From assembly GCF_023055435.1 (NCBI RefSeq), contig NW_025963802.1:678355-742354 (forward strand): a stretch of 64,000 nt of DNA. Direction: 5' to 3'. This document shows positions 11,905 to 24,833 of the stretch, piece after piece. This DNA is from Haliotis rufescens. Taxonomy: Eukaryota. A model generated the notes under the pieces. It saw only the letters and a list, made by a program, of their open reading frames with translations, was not told the origin of the DNA and ran no database searches. Within the stretch, counting starts at the first letter, position 1. Each line of letters begins with the position of its first letter. The translations under genes were made by a program, and so were the position numbers.

Positions 11905-12061
11905 GTAAGTCTCCACATCCCTCCATTTGTGTCTCTAGGACATACTGAGGTCCTGATATTGGAATAAAGTGTTTCCTAAAACTCTATTTGTAACATTGAA
12001 GCACCTCACCCCAAGCACTATACACAGGATGAAGACTGTACTGGTTCCTGACATGTCTTCA

Positions 12062-12425
12062 TCTATTATTATACCCTGCCACATTTGAAGCGGGATATAG
12101 GAATAGGTATGGGTGCTGTCCGTCCGTCCGTCCATCTGTCATGTTTCGTTTGCAGAGTAGAACTCAAAAACTATGAAAGATGTCTTAACCAAACTTGTCA
12201 CATGGATAGATCTAGTGGTCACTGTGCCAATTGATAGCTTTGGATTTTTGAAAAATTTATTTATTTTAGTTTCCATGGCAACGACTTTGGCTTAGCCTGA
12301 AAATGGCGGTAGTGCTCGTTTCCAGAGCGGATCTTGAAACATGTACAATAATTCTTTCCCTTGCAAACAGCCAGACATGTCATATTGGCAGGGGATAAGA
12401 GTATTTCATGCATTTTTAATTATTT
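12062..12425 (+). mobile_element. Non-autonomous element, family E (GGGATATAGGAATGGGTGCTGTCCGTCCGTCC...GGCAGGGGATATGAG)
   Basis: Copies at 30228-30620, 32800-33235 (internally duplicated), 38688-38940, 40808-41062 and 14090-15055. Confidence 0.7.
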
Positions 12426-12428
12426 CAG

Positions 12429-12576
12429 AAAAAGACATTATACAGGAAGCTGAGAGCAATGCTACGGCATCAGGAGTAACTCGGGGTCGGGGCAGAGGTC
12501 GTGGAGGCAGAGGTCGGGGAGCAAAGGACAAGTGGTGGATAAACAGGAAGGACAAAAAGAAGCAGCAAGGCACGAG
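12429..12576 (+). CDS. TEP1: TEP1 exon: (Q)KDIIQEAESNATASGVTRGRGRGRGGRGRGAKDKWWINRKDKKKQQGT(R) (RG-rich)
   Basis: Acceptor aattatttcag| completes C+AA=Gln. Donor AG|GTCAGT, phase 2 end. Phase links both neighbouring exons. Confidence 0.75.
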
Positions 12577-12983
12577 GTCAGTGTCAGGACCACTGTCATT
12601 GTTTAGGGACCAGTCATTAATTATAGGGGTGGGTAGGTCAGAGGGAATCAGGGGAGGGCCACCAAAAAATATGACACTCTCTAGGGGAGGGGTCATGAGA
12701 AAAAGTACACATATGTGAAGAGGGTCAAGATAAAATGTGCATTTTATAACAAAATATAAAGTATGTTTGCATTTTGTATTTTCAGGAAGGGTCATGAAAA
12801 ATATGTACAAGGACATGGGGAGGGTCATTCAAAAATATGCCAAACATTAGGGGAGGGTAGTTACCATGACATTGTTGTGGTGTTGTTCGTCAGTACATAA
12901 ATCTTACACATGAACATGACAGAGAATACATTTGAGACCTTGAGATGGTTGGGAACTTGATGGAGTGACTGATGTACTTGCAG

Positions 12984-13164
12984 TGAGGTTGCCTATGACC
13001 AGAACCTGATCGTGCGGTACCGCAAGGCCCTGGACACAGCTGTGAAGATTGCCACGGTCTACAACGTTCAGCCCATCAGAGGCAGGACCATCATCTTCTG
13101 TGACATTAGCGACGAGATGAAAATACCGTGCACTGCAGCGAGAGGACTTGGCAAGCCGAGAATG
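12984..13164 (+). CDS. TEP1: TEP1 exon: (S)EVAYDQNLIVRYRKALDTAVKIATVYNVQPIRGRTIIFCDISDEMKIPCTAARGLGKPRM
   Basis: Acceptor tgtacttgcag| and donor ATG|GTAAAC. Human has EMLNRYRQALETAVNLSVKHSLPLLPGRTVLVYLTD. Confidence 0.85.
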
Positions 13165-14089
13165 GTAAACACTAATAACATAATAATAATAATATGAATC
13201 ATAATCATCATTCCCGTCGGCATGTTTGCAGATAAACATGTATTGTTTTTATCATTAGGTATCATATCTTGTCAAGGGTCACATGTTTCTGTAATACAAT
13301 CTCGCATGAATAATAAAAAAAAATACTGAAAACTTATTCTTGTCATGATGATATTTTGTGACATTTGATAATTGCGATTTTGTTGTGAATATCAATTTTC
13401 CCAGATACATTCAGTCAATTTCCGAGAGAAATTCATAATATTTGTAGATAGTATTTAGATGTCCAAGTAAAAGTGCTGAAATGACATGCTCCAAAATCAG
13501 CTTCCAAAACAAACCTGTTTGGGGCATGACCTGAAGCTATCAGTGCAGCAGTGACAACTGTTTTCATTGGTTGATAGACTAGCGCAGCAAACCTATCTTG
13601 TGATTCTCAGCCATTACATATATACTGTTTCTGCTTTTTCTGTTAATCCTGCAAAATTAACAACATTGCATACCTTGTAAGTGTTTGAAACAACCTTTGA
13701 ATAATTACAATAACAATTAACAATCCGTAACTAACATTTTATTACTAACCTCCTGTTTGGATAATAAACCACCAGCTGTCCTCGGCCCTATTCTACACAA
13801 TGAATGCCTGTCAGTGATGAATCCCCTGAGTAAACAACTGAAGGCATCTCCAGTGTTATTAATGATAAGGTGACATAAATTAGGAACACGGTAATTCAAT
13901 TGAATGAGCAGGCAGAAAAATAAAGCTGGAATGTATTGCGGAGGCAAGCAGACAGGGCGTTGGCCTGACTGTCACGATTGTTGAAATTGCATAGCACCAA
14001 ACTCCAGGAACCCAAGTACCGGTAAAGGGAATCAGTGACGGAATTTTGTCTTTTGGGGGACGATTTCCCCTTTCGTTTTTTATCATCTG

Positions 14090-15055
14090 TTTCCCCCTTT
14101 TTAACTTTTTATCCCCGGCCGCGCGAAAGCGCGAAGCGGGGGATATAGTATTCACGACCGTCCGTACGTCCGTCCGTACGTCCCACCTGTTTGTTGCCGC
14201 GATATCTCAAGAACTAAACACTGGATTGTCTTCATATTTGGAACTATGGTGTATATACAGACTCCGCAGACACCAGTCGGTTTTGGTGACCTTGATCACA
14301 TTTTCAAGGTCACAGCAGACAAATCTGCTTTTAGAGTTGGAAAACGGTGTTGCCGCGATATCTCAAGAACTAAACACTGGATTGTCTTCATATTTGGAAC
14401 TATGGTGTATATACAGACACCGCAGACACCAGTCGGTTTTGGTGACCTTGACCCCATTTTCAAGGTCACAGCAGGCAAATCTGCTTTTGGAGTTGGAAAA
14501 CGGTGTTGCCGCGATATCTCAAGAACTAAACACTGGATTGTCTTCATATTTGGAACTATAGTGTATATACAGACTCCGCAGACACCAGTCGGTTTTGGTG
14601 ACCTTGATCCCATTTTCAAGGTCACAGCAGGCAAATCTGCTTTTAGAGTTGGAAAACGGTGTTGCCGCGATATCTCAAGAACTAAACCTCTCGATTGTCT
14701 TCATATTTGGAACTATGGTGTATATACAGACACCGCAGACACCAGTCGGTTTTGGTGACCTTGACCCGATTTTCAAGGTCACAGCAGGCAAATCTGCTTT
14801 TGGAGTTAGAAAACGATGTTGCCGCGATATCTCAAGAACTAATCGCTGGATTGTCTTCATATTTGGAACTATAGTGTATATACAGACACCGCATACACCT
14901 GTCAGATTTGGTGACCTTGACCCCATTTTCAAGGTCACAGCAGGCAAATCTGTTTTTGGAGTTGGAAAACGGTGTTGCCACAATATCTCAAGAACTAATC
15001 GCTGGATTGTCTTCATATTTGGTACTATGGTGTATATGGCGGGGGATATTTCGTC
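14090..15055. repeat. Family-E-like element hosting an internal ~156-bp satellite of ~6 units
   Basis: Termini CGGGGGATATAG...GGCGGGGGATAT. Inside are direct repeats GTTGCCGCGATATCTCAAGAACTAAACACTGG...GGAAAACG. Confidence 0.8.
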
Positions 15056-15184
15056 ACTCTGTGACAAATACTTGTTTAATTTTAATTTTGGTAAAGCATT
15101 TGTGAGTCAGTATGCCCTAAAGCATTAGGATCTGCAAAGCTGCTATGTTGACATTACTTACCCTTTAAATTGTTTTGTATTGAT

Positions 15185-15700
15185 ATTTACATGCATCTTC
15201 CCGAGGCACGTTAGTTAACTGACTGTAAAAGTCCAGTCTCCACCCTTGCTGAACTAGGCTGGTATTATGGAGTTACATTTTGGCTGGACTAATGAGTCTA
15301 TGCATAGTCCAATCAAAATCGCGCAATGAAATCGAAAGCAGGTTCGTAAACTGTCATGCAGATTTTGGTCGATTGAAGGATTTGCAAAACATGTTCACCA
15401 CCAACTTGTTGTCAACAGACATTTTCTAAATCTATTCCTGTTTTTATTCAAGGTGCTCACATGATTTGTTGCACTTCGCGATGAAAGACTCGTTTCATCA
15501 CAATATAGATCTTGATTATCGATCAGATCGTCTTGACTGGGCACTGCCATTTTGTTGGAAGCAAATGCAAGTGATACAAGAGGTGGAATCTGATTGGTCC
15601 ATAGGAGAGGCATGGAAGGGACATAACTCGTAATAGCCACAGTTCGGAAACTGGACTTTTAAAGTCAGTTAACTCTCTTGCCTAGGGAAGATGATTTACA
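15185..15700. mobile_element. MITE, family H (CATCTTCCCTAGGCAAGAGAGTTAACTGACTTTAAAAGTCCAG TIRs)
   Basis: Inverted termini. Second copy at 29335-29885. Confidence 0.7.
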
Positions 15701-16148
15701 AGCTGTGGTGTTTACAGTTATGTTGCACAATTTCTATGCTTAGTTGCCAAGATAACAAAAGATATTGCCAGTTACTAACATTTCTTTCATTTGAATTATT
15801 AAATTATGTAATAATGGCAACATTTTCTTTATGATGTCAAGAATATCTTATATGATTTACATGATAGCAACTTTCTCTTACATGCAACCAATATATTTTA
15901 CAATCATAGAAAAGTAATTTTCTTTCATGATATCATTTTCTTTTCTACATGTTCATGATGTCAACAGCTTCTATCGACCCTCTGTGGATCGATGCTCATG
16001 ATATCAATCACTTGATTGTCTGGTCCAGACTCGATTACTTACAGACCACTGTCATATAGCTGGAATATTGCTGAGTGCGGCGTTAAACAACAAACCCGGC
16101 AACCATCTATCCACCCTCATTGTAACATCACCATTGTGTTGTGTGTAG

Positions 16149-16307
16149 ATGGACGAGGTGGCTGTTCTGCTGGGCCTGATGTGCAAGCATTCCTGTGAGG
16201 AAAGTATGTTGATCGTCTACAACGACACCCACTACGCCAGCATCGACATCGCTAAGGGCACGATCCTGGACAACATGGGCACTGTACTTAATTCTCCCAT
16301 ATCTGAG
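16149..16307 (+). CDS. TEP1: TEP1 exon: MDEVAVLLGLMCKHSCEESMLIVYNDTHYASIDIAKGTILDNMGTVLNSPISE
   Basis: Acceptor ttgtgtgtag| and donor GAG|GTAGGT, phase 0/0. vWA-like part of TROVE (human LNYALLLIGMM...). Confidence 0.75.
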
Positions 16308-18253
16308 GTAGGTGTTGCTTTCAATGATTTCTCTTTCCATGCTAAAGTACAGGAAAACCGGAATGTATCGATTTCATCAACTAGCTTTGTATGATGTACA
16401 GTCAAGTCCTGTTAATCCGACATCAATGGTTGCATAAGATGATGTCGGATTAACGAGTATGTCGGATAAACGAAATTAAGTAGTATCAATGTTTTTGATC
16501 GAAAATGGGACAGCTTCGCGATAGATAACGATTCAAACACGTAATAAAAAAATAAAAAATAAATATTCATATTGTTATGTTACATTGTTGGCGGAATATG
16601 TTTTCTACTCATGCAACCTCTAAAGTTTAACACAAAACAACTGTTAAGGATTGTATGACTTATTCAAAATACTTTAAAAAGCATTGTCTGGAATGGAAGT
16701 CGCAAGTTTAAAACTGGTACCGTAAAGCTTAAGAAAGCTGCTTTCTAAGAGGCTAAAGTTGACTTCCTGTTAGTTCATTTCATAGGTAGGTCATAGTTCG
16801 CGAAAGGTTGTTCTGACATGACCTGTAATGGGATGTCCCCGGCGATAGCGAGAACTTGTATCTGATTTTAATGAGATTGAGGTAATCTAAGCATGTAATA
16901 AATCCTGTTTTCTTTATTTAAAGCATTAAGTGTTTATTGTTAAGCAAGTTTATCTCTGCAGCCGTTGTAATATGCAGCTACCAGCCAATTCGTCTTGCAT
17001 CAAAACACGGGCTGTGTACTCGCTGATCACTGTGTCGGATTAACGAGACTGATTGATGAGTGATTTCGGTAATTCGTTGCAAATAAGCTTTGTCGGAGTC
17101 GGAGTCGAAGTGCGAGACTGTCGGATTAACGGGTCTAAATAGCACGGATTTAATCAGTTCCCATCATTAGTGTCGGATAAAGCCGATTGTCGGATTAACA
17201 AGTGTCGGATTAACGAGAATTGACTGTATATATGTAGGACTCAGATCTATGGCGAGACTTAATCCATGGCAGATTCTCATTGTTAAGGGATGTCAGGTTT
17301 GCAATGATGTCTTATCCCTGAATGGGCAATCAGTTCAATTGTAATATGATGTCATATGAGATGACATCACGACTCCTTGCCTATGATGACGTCAAGTTTA
17401 TATTACCGTTTGAGACAGTGATTAGTCAAGGAAACAACGGAACCGGAAACCTTTGAAAATGAATGTTTTCTTATGGCGGCTTCAAGCTGGCAGAGGAAGA
17501 TACCAGTATCAAAAGACCCTAATGCCAAATAATATCAAACATTTTAAGAATCCAAGAAGTTCCACATGTAAAGGCACTGAATCTGAAGTTGGGAAGCGTA
17601 AACATTTTCAGGATTTTATCAACTCCAGCTGAGAGGATGGTGGAGAAGATGATTATTTCTACGTTGAAATTTTGGGGAATGTTTGTAAGAAAAGAATCGA
17701 TATGCAATCCCTGCACTGATGATGCTGTTCCAAAGGGGAAATGATAAAAAATAATAAATGGAAATCACAACATTGACCATCTAAAGTCTGTCACTATATA
17801 GGAATCTATATGATGTTTAGCGCTATAGAAATTGCCTATTATTAATATTATTTTATCATCTGCCATAGATCTTAGAGTTTGCGCCAAAATCTGCCTCATT
17901 TGTGGAATCTGGCGTAGATGTGAGATTCAGCCACGGATCAGAGTCCTCCCATGGATCTGAGACCTACATAATATAAATATATATATATACAATAGGTATT
18001 GAAGATATGACATAATTATATGGAGGTATAAATGTCAAAAGTCAAGAATGGAAATAAAAATGAAATGTGCGGCAGACTTTATGATGATGTGCCTGAGAAC
18101 CAAGACTATTATTATTTTTAGCCTCAAATTGGTCAAGCCTTAGGTTTAGATTGATCATGCCTTAGGCTCAGATTTCCTGAAGTTCCACACTGTACTTGGG
18201 TTCTGTGACAACCTGTGTGTGCCATGCTTGTAAGAGTTGTTTGTGTTCTTCAG

Positions 18254-18328
18254 ATGAGTGGTAGACATCCGCTGACGAAGGGGCTGCCATTCCAAGTGCT
18301 GGTGGAGGTGCTCCGAGACAGAATACAG
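18254..18328 (+). CDS. TEP1: TEP1 exon: MSGRHPLTKGLPFQVLVEVLRDRIQ
   Basis: Acceptor ttgtgttcttcag| and donor CAG|GTGAGC, phase 0/0. Confidence 0.75.
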
Positions 18329-18921
18329 GTGAGCTTGACATGAGAACATCGAGTTGTGTCGTCAGATTTCATCCTTGTATAGAAAATAATGAAGACAAAC
18401 AATGAAGACAATTAGTGAAGACAAATATCCAGGCTTTATTTTTAACACCGGAATCGTTTTAAAAAATCAAAAGAATATTGAATGGAAGTTTACTTTTGTT
18501 GCATCACTCACTCACTCACTCACTCACTCACTCACTCACTCCTAGTCAGTTTATTATGCTTATTCATTCATTCATTCGACCACCTCCATTATCTAGTGGA
18601 TAGAGCATCTGCACGGGGAGTGGAAGATTGGTGGTTCAAGCCATTGCCGCATCATACCAAAATACCTTAAAAGATGATACTTGTTGTTTCCCTGTCTGGT
18701 GCTCAGCTAAGGGGACAAACAAGGACTGGTGGTTGGCTCCGAGTCAGTATGCTGTGCCTAAGTGGGGTATCCATGTTTAACTATAGCATGGTATCTCAGT
18801 GGGCTAGCACTAGTACAAACAGCCATGCCACGCACATATATGCACGTTGCTATGAAAGTACCATAACCTTGAACCACTTAATGGCATGGAAGTCCAATAT
18901 CATGTTATGTATCTCTTTCAG

Positions 18922-19067
18922 GTGGACAATCTGATCATCTTGAGTGGTGGAGTTGACCCGACTTCGGACAAAGGTCAAGTGATGTCGGACTTCCTGAAGA
19001 TGTATCGGCAGGTGGTCAACCAGAACCTGCTTTACTGCAGCGTGTCATTCGCAGGGAGAAACACCGG
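18922..19067 (+). CDS. TEP1: TEP1 exon: VDNLIILSGGVDPTSDKGQVMSDFLKMYRQVVNQNLLYCSVSFAGRNT(G)
   Basis: Acceptor tatctctttcag| and donor GG|GTGAGA, phase 2 end. Human has VDRVILLGQSMDDGMINVAKQLYWQRVNSKCLFVGILL. Confidence 0.85.
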
Positions 19068-20343
19068 GTGAGATTATTTAGTAGTTGCTGTGTATAGGAT
19101 AAAACATGCCTCCGAGGTTTGGTTGAAAATGTAAAACTGCAATAGAGCAGCATGTGCAGCATGGACTAGCTGGAGTCATGACACGTAAAATTGAACATCT
19201 TCTCATCACCTGCCCCAGTAACTCAGTGGAAAATCAGTGGGTTACAAAACTTAACACGATGTGTGAGGTAACAGGTGTGATTCACGTCATGGCATTTAAT
19301 TTTAAAAAAAATTGTGACTTTTGACCAATCAAAAATGAATATTGTGTTCATATCAAGAGGCCAGTTTTTAAAATGTCAATTGTAAAACCTGGGTATGACA
19401 CTTGAAATGTAAAACCTCAAAGCAGGTTTAGAAGTTACCCATTTTAAAACCTAGGTTTAGAAGATGAGCTTGTTACCAGGTTTACCAGAGGTTGTCAGGA
19501 AAGTAATGCAATGTATAGGGTAACGTGGTGATAGGTTTGCAAGTGTGTTTCACCTCTCCATTCTGGGATATATTAGGTCCCCAGCAACCTTTGCTTGTTG
19601 TATGAGTTGACTAAGTGGATTGGGTGGTCACTGACGTGGTTGGTTGTGTGTCATCATCCCTGTTTGGTGTGAGTCTTAGCTCCTATCAATCACTGGATTG
19701 GTTGATTCAGACTGGATTTTAGGGCTTCTGGGATATAGCTGGAATATTGCTTACTGAAAACAGAAAACAAACCTCATTATACTTGAAAGGGAGGTGCATA
19801 TATCTACTGCCATCTTATTTAGTCTATCATATTCAACTCTGTCCAATGGTGTCTAATGGTTTTTTCTTATCAACCTGTGAAATTATGTATCATGGCCACA
19901 TTTTTGGTCAGAGAAAAAATAAGTTCCTATATTTCCTTGCACACAGGTTGTCAAATGTAAAATATACCCACTCTCATAAAGGATACTATTACCATGATTG
20001 ATGATTTCCTTATATTCTGTCTATAATAACATTTCTAGAAATCAGAAATACAAATGCTTTAGAATTCTCAGACGCAACTGTGTAATGCCATTGTATTTGT
20101 TAATTATCAATAATACCGTTGTCACTGAAGGTGTAGCAAATTTGTGAAAGTAAGATGAAACTAAAAGGAAGTATATATATTATATGTTTTTAGTAGCAAA
20201 GTATTCTGTACCTTACCTTATTGTTCAAGCTCAGTCAAAGATCATGGTTCTTTTGTGTATTGTCAGATAACCCATTGGAAAGTTGTACCCCTTAATCTCC
20301 TGTGTTCGTACACCTGGTATTCATCACTCAAATTGGATTTCAG

Positions 20344-20415
20344 GTTTGCTCAGAACATCAAACCAGAGCATGACAATGACATCTACATCACCGGCTTCAG
20401 CGACCAGATTCTCAG
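20344..20415 (+). CDS. TEP1: TEP1 exon: (G)FAQNIKPEHDNDIYITGFSDQIL(R)
   Basis: Acceptor ggatttcag| and donor AG|GTAACC. Human has TLSGCTDAILKF. Confidence 0.8.
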
Positions 20416-20597
20416 GTAACCTTGGCAACAAAAATTAAAATGATTTGAAAATGATATGAAAATTTAGAATGAATTACATATGGATATTTGATAACCATGT
20501 GTCTCTTTATAACCATGTCGTAAGCTTTGTTTGTTACTAGGGCTTGAGTTTTTTGTCCTTAAAATGTAATTATCATCACAAAAACTTCTGATTACAG

Positions 20598-20762
20598 GTT
20601 CATTGCTGAACGTGGAGATGGAGGGCAGTTACTCCATGTTGAGAACATCGACGAGGCATTCAAGCTGAAGTCTGTGGTGGTGACTGCCCTTGAGAAGGTC
20701 GACAAGGGGCAGGTCAAGGTCACTCCAGAGAGGGTGCTGCCAATCTCAGCCCAGATGCCCAG
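20598..20762 (+). CDS. TEP1: TEP1 exon: (R)FIAERGDGGQLLHVENIDEAFKLKSVVVTALEKVDKGQVKVTPERVLPISAQMP(R)
   Basis: Acceptor tgattacag| and donor AG|GTAGGT. Human has IAEHGASHLLEHVGQMDKIFK. Confidence 0.85.
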
Positions 20763-20932
20763 GTAGGTAGTGTGGAATGGACGTTTAAGCCATAGAATAC
20801 AACAGATAGGTCTAGACGTCCTTGCCTTGTATGTGTGTGTGCATGCATGCGTGCATGCGTGCATGCGTGCATGCGTGTGTTTTTATAGTGAGATTTCATG
20901 CCGCAGTTTAACATGGATACCCGACTCCACCC

Positions 20933-21163
20933 ATAGAATAGGTCTTCAGCAACCCATGTTTGCCGTAAAGGGCTATGCTTGTCGTGAGAGGCGACTAACG
21001 GGATCGGGTGGTCAGGCTTCACTGACTTGGTTGATGCATCTCATCGTATCCCAATTGCTTTGATCAATGTTCATGATGTCAACCAATGTATTTCTGGTCC
21101 TGACTCGATTATTTACAGACCGACTGGAAATTTGCTGAGTGTGGTGTTCAACAACTAACAAAC
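20933..21163 (+). mobile_element. SINE, family C (AGAATAGGTCTTCAGCAACCCATGCTTGC...CACTGGATTGTCTGGTCCAGACTCGATTATTTACAGACCGCCGTCATATAGCTGGAATATTGCTGAGTGCGGCGTTAAACAACAAAC)
   Basis: At least 12 copies. Others: 15990-16103 (partial), 27829-28040, 35800-36040, 37192-37438, 44272-44506, 44771-45003, 46642-46850, 54297-54508, 56120-56438, 58106-58368 (-), 60060-60320 (-). Degenerate copy at 19560-19750. Confidence 0.85.
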
Positions 21164-21372
21164 ACAGGACACTCACTCCGAGCCAAGCAATCATTCACGA
21201 GGCTAGGAATCAAACCACTGACCGTCCACTCTCTGGGCAGATCATCTGTCCACTACACTGAGGCAGTCCCTCACTTATAAGGGAAAAGGAGATGTCAATA
21301 CTAAGATTTTAACAAGGACAACCATGTCAACGAGATGTAAAATTACAGCAAAAGAATGTTGATATATTTCAG

Positions 21373-21549
21373 ATGGCGAACAGCTAGGGTGTTCATCTCG
21401 TCAACGTTCCGGGACATGCATGGGGAACGTGACCTCCTGACCCGATTTGTGTTCCCCGAGCTGCGGGAGCGTGGCCGGAAACACTTCATCAACGTGTACG
21501 AGGTGGATCTCAGGTGGGGCGTCACGGAGGAACAGACCAAGCTCAACAG
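21373..21549 (+). CDS. TEP1: TEP1 exon: (R)[58 protein letters not shown](R) (DUF4062 / NACHT N-terminal region)
   Basis: Acceptor atatatttcag| and donor AG|GTAGGC. Near-identical to human [27 protein letters not shown]...[10 protein letters not shown]. Confidence 0.92.
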
Positions 21550-21994
21550 GTAGGCCAGCCATTATGTATTTGTATCTTTGTCAGTGTCTGAGTAATTTTG
21601 ACATATGGTTTGCAGTTTTACGTTAACATATATGGGGTTTACAGCGGCATCATTTATTACAATTTTCTACTCTGTTTGAAGCTCAGTTGAGATATAACGA
21701 GAAGGAGTCCATGCAGTATGACTATAACCCTACTCACAGTAATTATTTCTTTGTTAAGTATTGTAACAAAACAATGGTTATTAAACAAAAAATGTTTTGT
21801 TTTATTTGTGTTTGTATTTTAACTTTAATGTCATGTCCACATAATTATTTAGAAATATATTGGTATCGAAACCCCTCATCAGCAGCCTTGTGTAGCATCC
21901 ACTGATACTAAGACGTGGTAACCATGGTAACACAAAGTGAGATCAACCGATCGATTCTGTTTTATTTAAAGATAACTGCAATGTTCATTTTCAG

Positions 21995-22237
21995 AACCTT
22001 GGACCTGTGTCTTCAGGAGCTGACCAAATGTCAGTTCTTCCTCGGTATCCTTGGCAACCGATATGGTTGGGTTCCAGACAAGTATGAGGTGCCGGACACT
22101 GCCGAGTTTGACTGGGTCCGTAACTACCCGCCTGGAGCATCTGTAACAGAACTGGAGATGCACTCAGCGGCATTGTCCCAGCCGAACAAGGTCCGCGAGA
22201 GATCCTTCTTTTACGTCAGAGACAGCACGTTTGAAAG
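21995..22237 (+). CDS. TEP1: TEP1 exon: TLDLCLQELTKCQFFLGILGNRYGWVPDKYEVPDTAEFDWVRNYPPGASVTELEMHSAALSQPNKVRERSFFYVRDSTFE(R)
   Basis: Acceptor gttcattttcag| and donor AG|GTTGGT. Human has [27 protein letters not shown]...RSVTEMEV. Confidence 0.9.
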
Positions 22238-22685
22238 GTTGGTGTTGGAAACTTTTCCAATTTTTTTTTTAAGACTAGCGGAAGCTTTATTTCACTAGTC
22301 CTCAGACTTTGTAGCTTGTCCTGCTTAAACGAGACAAAATTGTTTTCAGTTTTATTCAGTTTCACTTTCTAGCAAACTGAACTGATTCAAAATTATAACC
22401 ATCAAATTCTACTAGTCAGTGAAGACTTCCATCATTGTTACTAGTCCTCAGCACAATTTATATTTAGTAGTCTTGGACTTGCGGACTAGAGTGAATTTTG
22501 AAAGCTGGTTGGTGATGTGTTTCATCTGTTCATATGTCAGATAACAACAGGGATGCACATGTTTAATTAGCTACAATAAGCGAGATTTAGCACTTCTGTG
22601 CGTTATTCATTGCAGTAGAGTTGTTGTGTATGTGCTCCCAGTATTCAATCAGTAAATAAAGATAAATAAAGACTCATAGCAAATT

Positions 22686-23018
22686 ACCGTATTCGACGTA
22701 ATAAACGCCCAAGGCGCTCTCAAAATTAGAAATAGGGGGCTCTGATTAGAATATTATTTTGGTGGAAAAAAACAAGAGTTGAAAGATTTCGTGGTTTATG
22801 CTGACAGCCTGAAATTGTTCGTATACGACAGATATATTTTTCCAGAATTTAAGGGTTCATATAGCACACGAGTGCGTATTATACATGAATAAATAAGTCT
22901 TGAGTACATTGATCAATCGGAAGGGGTGCTAATTGGGATTGTTCACTAGCCAATATATTAGCAAATATCGCTGTGGGCGCTTATTAGAGGGAGGCGCTTA
23001 TTACGTCGAATACGGTAC
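22686..23018. mobile_element. MITE, family G (TACCGTATTCGACGTAATAAGCGCC TIRs)
   Basis: Termini are reverse complements. Copies or fragments at 36380-36708, 37750-37862, 43621-43746 and 2296-2402. Confidence 0.75.
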
Positions 23019-23167
23019 TCATAGTGTTTGTTTTTTATAGGTTTTACTAATAATTTCAAGCATATTTTTATGCAAGAACTTAAAATTAATTTCGTTATGG
23101 TGAATATTTTACAAATATGTTACAAATATGCAGGTCCCTGGTCTGTACAATTACTTTTTGCTTCCAG

Positions 23168-23281
23168 AGATGTCCCTAAGGAGTTCGTTACTGATTTCAC
23201 CACTGAGACCGAGATCAGCAGAGAGAGACTGGCACGCCTGAAGACTCGTGTCCGAGCAAGTGGTCTGGAGGTTTACGATGG
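23168..23281 (+). CDS. TEP1: TEP1 exon: (R)DVPKEFVTDFTTETEISRERLARLKTRVRASGLEVYD(G)
   Basis: Acceptor ttttgcttccag| and donor GG|GTAAGT, phase 2 end. Confidence 0.8.
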
Positions 23282-23768
23282 GTAAGTCAGCAAGTGGAGT
23301 CATTTGTTAATAAAGATATCAATGGAGAAGGCTCGTGAAATCATGCCTCCTATCTCTACATTTAGATCTATCCTGTAAAAAACTCTATCAAATTTTGACA
23401 TTTTGGGGAGGATTTGATAATGATGACATATGAAATTCACTCATTGAAGGAATAAAGTCACAACAGATGAATTCTGATGTGATTTTCTTCATACACGACT
23501 GCCTCAATGTATTAAACTTGAAGGGTTCTAATGGCCATTTATAACCCTCATACTGATTCATACTGGTGGGATAAAAATGAAAATCAAAATTCAGAAAAAT
23601 TAATTTTTAAATATAACTCATCAATTGGTAAATATCTGGCCATTTGAAAATCATGAAGATCATTTTATCCATCCCTGCTTTGTGACTGATATTGCAGTTT
23701 GAGTACTTAATGTAATTGGGTACTTAATGTAAATGGGTACTTAATGTAAATGGGTTTCCTGTGGACAG

Positions 23769-23889
23769 TTATCCCTGTACCTGGGGGGGCTCCGTGGACC
23801 AGAAGCCCATCACCAGCGGACTTAACGAGTTCGGGATGCGAGTTCTCAACAACTTGTGGGCTGCCATTCAAAACCAGTACCCAGATGAG
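23769..23889 (+). CDS. TEP1: TEP1 exon: (G)YPCTWGGSVDQKPITSGLNEFGMRVLNNLWAAIQNQYPDE
   Basis: Acceptor tcctgtggacag| and donor GAG|GTAAGC. Human has [38 protein letters not shown]. Confidence 0.9.
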
Positions 23890-24394
23890 GTAAGCAGGAA
23901 GTGGCTGCTGGAACGGTCGGAAATACTTGCTACTGGTGGCATTGTAAAAACATTATGTTATTTAAACACAAATGTGAGATTCTATTTATCTTCAAAAAAC
24001 TTGTTCAGTTTGTTAACACTAATAACCAGTGACTTGAGTGTAAAAAGTGCATATAAATAGCTTCCGAGGCAAGAGATTAGTGATGTCATTTGATTGTGAT
24101 GTCATGGTAACCGGTCATGTAACAATTGTCTGCAAAGCATTGTGAGGCAATTTCATTGGTGCAATATCTCCATATCTCCCAAGAGATATTGCTTAATCTC
24201 ACCTATGCGATATCACCTGTGGAAGCCAGATTTGGATGAGATTGTATACAATCACAGAATTATATTTACATATACATTGCATCAACCTATATTTTATGAT
24301 ACTGGCATGAATATAATATTACTTTCGTATTCTTATTAATATTGTTTAACAAGAAACTGAAGAAAGTAGAACGGTTTATGATTGTATCTCCCAG

Positions 24395-24577
24395 GAGGCC
24401 ATGCTTGATGAGGACACACACATTGCCAAGCTGCACCGAGCGTTTGTCGACAGCCGCCAGTCCCAGTTCATTGGTCGGAAGGCCCTAATCAAGGATTGTA
24501 TCAACAAGATAGTTGAGATACAGTCGGGAGTCATCACACTGGCCGGAAAACCAGGTTCAGGGAAAACATCCCTCGTG
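24395..24577 (+). CDS. TEP1: TEP1 exon: EAMLDEDTHIAKLHRAFVDSRQSQFIGRKALIKDCINKIVEIQSGVITLAGKPGSGKTSLV (NACHT Walker A)
   Basis: Acceptor tgtatctcccag| and donor GTG|GTATGC. Contains the P-loop GKPGSGKT (human GQSGQGKTAFLASLV). Confidence 0.9.
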
Positions 24578-24833
24578 GTATGCCCATTTTCAAATATATG
24601 ATTATTTTAACATTTACACATTTGTAAGACATTTACAGTTTTCCATGGGGATTTTGAGAAAAAGAAGAAGAATTGTTCCTCTTTTGAAGAACTAGTATTT
24701 GGTGTTTTTCAATGTCATGTGTTAAGTCTCTCCTACTAGATGCTAATCAACGTTCCATGATAGAATGTAATGTAACATTTTAATTTTGCTTTTACATTTA
24801 CAATGATTAATGTAAGTACATTCATCGTCCCAG

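Noticed and set aside
14046-15128. Several 110-177 aa ORFs on both strands
   Set aside because: They come from the 156-bp satellite inside a family-E element. ORFs in all frames and on both strands with identical repeated peptides indicate repeat artefacts.
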